Assembly (NCBI RefSeq): GCF_029945535.1
Contig: NZ_JAQSCU010000018.1
Coordinates: 117,340 to 181,339, forward strand
Source of the DNA: Methylotenera sp.
GTDB lineage: Bacteria > Pseudomonadota > Gammaproteobacteria > Burkholderiales > Methylophilaceae
Reading direction: 5' to 3'
DNA length: 64,000 nucleotides
This document shows, one piece after another, positions 59,742 to 64,000 of this stretch. Position 1 is the first letter of the stretch, and every line of letters starts with the position of its first letter. Made by a program: the position numbers and the translations under genes. Under the pieces are notes generated by a model that saw only the letters and a list, made by a program, of their open reading frames with translations, did not search any database and was not told the origin of the DNA.

Positions 59742-59819
59742 GTGTGAAATTTTCACACGAAAGCCAATAATACGTGTGACAAATTCACACGTCAACCACT
59801 TTGTGTAAAAAAATCCCAC
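59742..59819. promoter_or_regulatory. Three phased palindromic sites GTGTGA-N5-TCACAC in the divergent intergenic region (candidate operators)
   Basis: Site 1, 59742-59758: GTGTGAAATTTTCACAC (8-bp arms). Site 2, 59772-59792: ACGTGTGA-CAAAT-TCACACGT (8-bp arms). Site 3, 59803-59819: GTGTAAAAAAATCCCAC (2 mismatches). Centres are 32 and 29 bp apart. Confidence 0.55.
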
Positions 59820-59851
59820 ATATTTTTTCAATTATTTGTATAATTTAAACC

Positions 59852-60685
59852 ATGACAAAGAACGCTGAAATTTCTTCTGATAACCCTATAAAGGAAAAAG
59901 TACTCACCGCTTTACAACGTGTAATGAAGCCGCTCGTCAGGCTGGCGCTGACGCAAGGCATTAACTATCAAATGCTGCTAGAAACATTGAAAATAGTCTT
60001 TGTACAGGTGGCTGAAGAAGAATTTAAATTATCGCAACGTGAACAAACTGATAGTCGAATCAGCTTACTTACGGGCTTGCATCGTAAAGATGTGCATCGA
60101 TTACGCGACTTACCTGAAAGCACACAAACAACATCTCTTGTTACTTTGGGCTCTCAATTGGTTGGCTTGTGGATTAGTGACGCCGATTTTGTTGATGCCC
60201 AAGGCAAACCTAAGCCTTTAGCGCGCTTAGCAAGTGTAGGTGGTAACGTCTCTTTTGATCGCCTTGTTGCGCGCGTTAGCAAAGACATTCGCGCTAGACC
60301 TGTGCTTGATGAGTGGCTAAGAATTGGTGTTGCCTACATAGATGATCAAGATCGCGTATGTTTGAATAACGAAGCATTTGTGCCAAGCGAAGGCTTTGAA
60401 GAGAAATTATTTTTCTTCCAACAAAATATACATGACCATGCCGCTGCAACGGCGCATAATTTAATGAACTTAACTCCCCCTATGTTAGAACGTTGCGTCT
60501 ATTACGACAGTCTGACATTAGAAGCTATTAGTGAATTAAAAGTGCTTGCAGAAAATCAAGGGATGACTGCGTTAAAGGCTGTCAATGCACGCGCCATTGA
60601 ATTGCAGACTGAATCTCAAAACAATGCTGATGCAAACCAGCGCTTTACCTATGCATTGTATTTTTACCATGTGCAGAAGACTTAA
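59852..60685 (+). CDS. Cytoplasmic protein of unknown function with a possible helix-turn-helix segment (resembles DUF6502-type proteins from memory, unverified)
   Basis: 277-aa ORF with no signal peptide. HTH-like stretch QTDSRISLLTGLHRKDVHRLR. Divergent from the giant cytochrome gene. No obvious SD, and TATAAT lies only 8 nt upstream of the ATG. Confidence 0.6.
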   Translation: MTKNAEISSDNPIKEKVLTALQRVMKPLVRLALTQGINYQMLLETLKIVFVQVAEEEFKLSQREQTDSRISLLTGLHRKDVHRLRDLPESTQTTSLVTLGSQLVGLWISDADFVDAQGKPKPLARLASVGGNVSFDRLVARVSKDIRARPVLDEWLRIGVAYIDDQDRVCLNNEAFVPSEGFEEKLFFFQQNIHDHAAATAHNLMNLTPPMLERCVYYDSLTLEAISELKVLAENQGMTALKAVNARAIELQTESQNNADANQRFTYALYFYHVQKT

Positions 60686-60803
60686 GCGCTTCATTGCCAC
60701 ATGCGTTCTACCGCAGAAAAACAGTTCGAATTGACTAGATGAGTATGTTGCAACTCACTCCAAGTGCCAATTCAAACTTAAGTTAACTGAAGGATTAGTT
60801 AAT

Positions 60804-62207
60804 ATGAAAACTTACATTCACAACTTCATCGCTATCATCTTGACGATATTGTCGTTATCGGCAAATGCCAACCCTTGTGACGATGGCGGTATAGGCGGCA
60901 CTGGCATGCCTTTAAGTCTTGGTACTGGCGGCATTGGTGGCACTGGCAACACTTCTGACAAATCTACAGGCATTGGTGGAACAGGCATTACCAGCGCGCA
61001 AGAAGGCATAGGCGGGACTGGCGTAACTAACAAAGGTATTGGTGGCACTGGTGTAGAAGCTGATAGTGGTATCGGCGGCACCGGTATTGTTGGCATCATC
61101 ACAGGGTTTGGCAGTATCTGTGTGAACGGATTAGAAGTGCATTACTACAATGACACTCCTATGGATTTAGATGGTAAAAAAATCAGCAGTGATGCACTCG
61201 CTGTTGGTCAAGTAGTAGCTGTAAAGGCGCACGGAAAAGAACAGTCACTGATCGCTCATGAAATACATGCTTTCTATCAAGTGACTGGGCCGATTACTGC
61301 AATTGATCTTGTCGCTAAAAAAATAAAAGTCATGGACCAATCTATCAATGCAAATGACACTCAAATCAACAATATGAAAATCGGGCAATGGCTGAGTGTA
61401 AGCGGCTTACGCAGTGAAGATGGCAGTATTGAAGCCAGTCGTATCGATCAATCTACTGAGCGTAAAATTGCCAAATTAGTTGGTAATTTAAGTATGCAGG
61501 GCAATAATGCCTATATAGGTGGCACTAAAATAGACGGCATATCCAACATGAATAACAACCCAAATGCTGACGCTCGTTTAACAGGCGTTTGGGATGGTAG
61601 CACCTTTAATGTTAAGGATATGAAACCTGGGCCAGTAAGTGACTTGCTACAAAAGGTCGAAGTTTTCCACTTGCAAGGCATCGCTGGTAGTAATGTGACC
61701 AATGGGAAAGTCAAGCTTTCTGGGCAAACTGTAGCCGTGCCAGCTAATATCAAAATTCTTGGTAATAGCTCAACTAGCATAGCAGGCAAACCTATTGTCG
61801 CGCACGGCCAAGTAAAAGATGGCAAGGCAAAAGCGCAATCAATTGAATTGCGTCCGATGAAAACGGAGGTCAAAAATCGTATGGACCGTCCGGTAAATTC
61901 ATCCCAATCTAATTCATCAGGGGAATCAGGCGAAAATACTAGCGCGAATGCAGTTAAAGCTACGGCCTCAAATAAAAGTGAAATTAAGCCTAAGAAAGCT
62001 GACAAAACCGAATTGTCTGACCGTGTTTATAAGCAAGAGCAAGTTGAAAAAGTAGAAAGGGCTGAGTCCATAGAGAGAGTCGAGACAGTTGAAAGGGTTG
62101 AGAGAGTGGAAACGCCGGAGAGAGTCGAGAAAGTTGAAAAGGTGGAGAGGGTAGAAACGCCTGATAGAGTCGAAAAAGTTGAAAGAGTGGAGAAGCGAGA
62201 TGACTAA
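60804..62207 (+). CDS. Secreted GIGGTG-repeat protein with a beta-rich core and a charged V-E-[KRT] repeat tail (resembles DUF5666-type proteins from memory, unverified)
   Basis: 467-aa ORF. Signal peptide MKTYIHNFIAIILTILSLSANA. Six GIGGTG copies between residues 29 and 94, then ITGFGSICVNG. The C-terminal 55 aa are VEKVERAESIERVETVERVERVETPERVEKVEKVERVETPDRVEKVERVEKRDD. Confidence 0.75.
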   Translation: MKTYIHNFIAIILTILSLSANANPCDDGGIGGTGMPLSLGTGGIGGTGNTSDKSTGIGGTGITSAQEGIGGTGVTNKGIGGTGVEADSGIGGTGIVGIITGFGSICVNGLEVHYYNDTPMDLDGKKISSDALAVGQVVAVKAHGKEQSLIAHEIHAFYQVTGPITAIDLVAKKIKVMDQSINANDTQINNMKIGQWLSVSGLRSEDGSIEASRIDQSTERKIAKLVGNLSMQGNNAYIGGTKIDGISNMNNNPNADARLTGVWDGSTFNVKDMKPGPVSDLLQKVEVFHLQGIAGSNVTNGKVKLSGQTVAVPANIKILGNSSTSIAGKPIVAHGQVKDGKAKAQSIELRPMKTEVKNRMDRPVNSSQSNSSGESGENTSANAVKATASNKSEIKPKKADKTELSDRVYKQEQVEKVERAESIERVETVERVERVETPERVEKVEKVERVETPDRVEKVERVEKRDD

Positions 62208-62302
62208 ATTTTCTTCAAAGCATCGCATCGATGCAGCCAACTTAACTTGAAGCACTATTCATTAAAAAATTTAATCGTAGATGTACACAACAAAAATAAA
62301 TT

Positions 62303-63091
62303 ATGAACTACAAAATTAAACTCAAAATAACTAACCTACTCATTTCTACAATTAGCCTTTTGCCTTTAGCAAGTTATGCCGAAGGTAAATTAAGTTTAAC
62401 TAGCGGCGTAGATTACAGCACTGGGAAATATGGACAATCTGAAGCGACAGACATTACTTACATTCCTTTTATTGCCAAGTATGATACTGGAAACACCACG
62501 CTAAAGCTGACTGTACCTTGGGTAAAAATAACTGGTCCAGGCGATGTGGTCGGCGGGAATACACCAATTGTAATAGGTTCGTCCAATCGCCCTATCACTA
62601 CTGAATCCGGCTTAGGTGATATTGTATTTTCTGCTACTCAAACCATTGCACAATTCGGTGAGAGTAATCCGCTACTATTAGAATTAACAGGTAAAGTTAA
62701 ATTTGCTACCGCCTCCAGTTCAAAGGGTTTAGGTACTGGCGAAAACGACTACACCGTAGAACTTGGTGCTTACAAATCAATCAATACCGCAGCAACTTTG
62801 TTTGGGGATATTGGCTATAAAAAACTAGGTGACCCCTCTGGCATTAATTTAAATAATGTTTGGTACGGATCAGTAGGGTTCGTTTATCAACTCAGCCCGG
62901 CCAACAGCGCTGGCATGATGGTGGATATTAGACAAGCAACAATGAATACCTCCCAGCCGTTAAGGGAACTCACGGTATTTTTAACGCATAAATTTAATGC
63001 AAATTACAAATTGCAAACTTACCTTACCACTGGCAATACTGATGCCAGCACTGACTTGGCTGGCGGTCTAATGTTAGGCTGGATGTTCTAA
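62303..63091 (+). CDS. Small outer-membrane beta-barrel (transporter of the MetA-pathway / phenol-degradation-like OMP family, by motif)
   Basis: 262-aa ORF. Signal peptide (LLPLASYA), SGLGDIVFSA motif typical of that family, alternating strands, C-terminal GLMLGWMF with terminal Phe. Confidence 0.65.
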   Translation: MNYKIKLKITNLLISTISLLPLASYAEGKLSLTSGVDYSTGKYGQSEATDITYIPFIAKYDTGNTTLKLTVPWVKITGPGDVVGGNTPIVIGSSNRPITTESGLGDIVFSATQTIAQFGESNPLLLELTGKVKFATASSSKGLGTGENDYTVELGAYKSINTAATLFGDIGYKKLGDPSGINLNNVWYGSVGFVYQLSPANSAGMMVDIRQATMNTSQPLRELTVFLTHKFNANYKLQTYLTTGNTDASTDLAGGLMLGWMF

Positions 63092-63155
63092 CTTATCAAG
63101 TAGTAGTTATTTTAAAAACATAAGCAGAACACACTTTAACTATTGAAATAAAAAC

Positions 63156-64000
63156 CTACCTAGACATCCCAGCACCCATTTTCAGAGCTGCCCAAGTGTT
63201 AGAAACGTGGCAACGTTCACACTGACGACCAAAACCTCCATCATGAACATCGTCTGATGAGTGACAATCCCCACACGTAACTGAGATCAGCAGCTTATGT
63301 CCTTTAGATGGGGTTCTGTGACACTCATAACAGCCTATGCCTTTATGACCACCATCAAGCTTAAATTTAGTTTTTTTATCATGATCAAAATCCCAAGCTT
63401 TCCAGTCTCGTGCGTTATGGCACGTTTCGCATGCGGGGCCTAACTTAAGCTTATGCACATCGTCTTTTGTGTGGCAGCTGATACATTCTGACTTCGCCGC
63501 TTTAAACTCTGCTGTCAGATGGCAACTCTTACAATCTACTTTAAAGTGTTTACCCAACAAAGGAAACTTCGATTTTGCATGATCAAATTTAGCATCCTTC
63601 CAAGATTTCGCGTTATGGCAATCTTCGCACTTATCACCCTCTTGCCCCTTATGCTTATCATCAGACTTATGACAACTAATACAGGTGCTTTTTACCTTAC
63701 CTCTGTATAGGTTAGCTTTGTGGCAAGAATCACATTTAGTCGCTCTGTGTTTATCAAGCAATTTATACTTGGTGTCACGGTCATGATCAAAAATGAGCGT
63801 TTTCCAGGTTTTTTCTATGTGACAGGTTTCACATTTTTGATCATAACGACCCTTATGACCTTTACTATCATCATCTTTCTTGTGGCATGAGTAGCAATCA
63901 GTTTTCAGGTTTTGCCCATAAAGCTTGCCTTTATGACACTCAACACATTTAGTGTCCTTATGCTTTTCCTTAAGTGGATATTTAGTATCACGAGTATGGT
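63156..64000 (-). CDS. Poly-c7-type multihaem cytochrome, C-terminal ~281 codons (N-terminus beyond the window end)
   Basis: The track ORF 63156-63761 starts at an internal TTG. My translation shows the frame stays open to 64000 (HTRDTKYPLKEKHKDTKCVECHKGKLYGQNLKTDCYSCHKKDDDSKGHKGRYDQKCETCHIEKTWKTLIFDHDRDTKYKLLDKH...). There are 12 CXXCH motifs in four ~66-70-aa trihaem modules. Confidence 0.85.
   Translation of the reverse strand, partial: HTRDTKYPLKEKHKDTKCVECHKGKLYGQNLKTDCYSCHKKDDDSKGHKGRYDQKCETCHIEKTWKTLIFDHDRDTKYKLLDKHRATKCDSCHKANLYRGKVKSTCISCHKSDDKHKGQEGDKCEDCHNAKSWKDAKFDHAKSKFPLLGKHFKVDCKSCHLTAEFKAAKSECISCHTKDDVHKLKLGPACETCHNARDWKAWDFDHDKKTKFKLDGGHKGIGCYECHRTPSKGHKLLISVTCGDCHSSDDVHDGGFGRQCERCHVSNTWAALKMGAGMSR

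Noticed and set aside
60888-61085. Interpreting the GIGGTG repeats as RTX-type calcium-binding nonapeptides or as nucleotide-binding P-loops.
   Set aside because: The RTX consensus GGXGXDXUX requires Asp and a strict 9-residue period, and neither is present. P-loops are single GxxxxGK[ST] motifs in cytoplasmic folds, whereas this is a secreted protein with six copies lacking Lys-Ser/Thr.
60818-61102. A 94-aa minus-strand ORF rich in PVPPMP/PVPPIP repeats, plus the 61511-62005 and 61968-62255 minus-strand ORFs.
   Set aside because: These are reverse-complement shadows of the GIGGTG repeats and the V-E-K/R repeat tail. The plus-strand ORF has a signal peptide, a ribosome-binding site and a continuous 467-aa frame.

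Overview
This is an AT-rich chromosomal segment, roughly low-40s %GC by eye. Gene content and order look betaproteobacterial (argJ, cysS, ppiA-ppiB-lpxH, ribH-nusB, phoBR, apaH, pepN, ccmABCDEFGHI), perhaps a Nitrosomonadales or Methylophilaceae-like organism; taxonomy cannot be verified from here. I support about 58 protein genes, one tRNA-Arg(CCG), several hairpin terminators, Pho boxes and candidate operators. I saw no rRNA, CRISPR array, transposase or integrase.

Layout:
- 1-32.6 kb: mostly housekeeping and signalling genes.
- 32.7-44 kb: tRNA-Arg followed by a czcCBA-type heavy-metal efflux block, a two-component system and a Kef-type antiporter.
- 44-54 kb: pepN and a complete System I cytochrome c maturation operon. 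It includes a 54-aa ccmD that the ORF track misses.
- 54.1-64 kb: the stand-out region.

The 54.1-64 kb region contains these elements:
- A 1033-aa cytochrome in which I count about 40 CXXCH haem motifs, built from near-identical 141/282-nt tandem coding repeats.
- A 760-780-aa TPR plus putative beta-barrel outer-membrane protein whose stop codon overlaps the ccmA start.
- A divergent intergenic region with three GTGTGA-N5-TCACAC palindromes.
- Genes for an HTH-like protein of unknown function, a secreted GIGGTG-repeat protein, a small outer-membrane barrel, and a second, unrelated poly-c7-type multihaem cytochrome truncated by the window edge.

I interpret this region as a candidate, apparently uncharacterised electron-conduit (extracellular or periplasmic electron transfer) locus. 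That reading is inference from sequence only.
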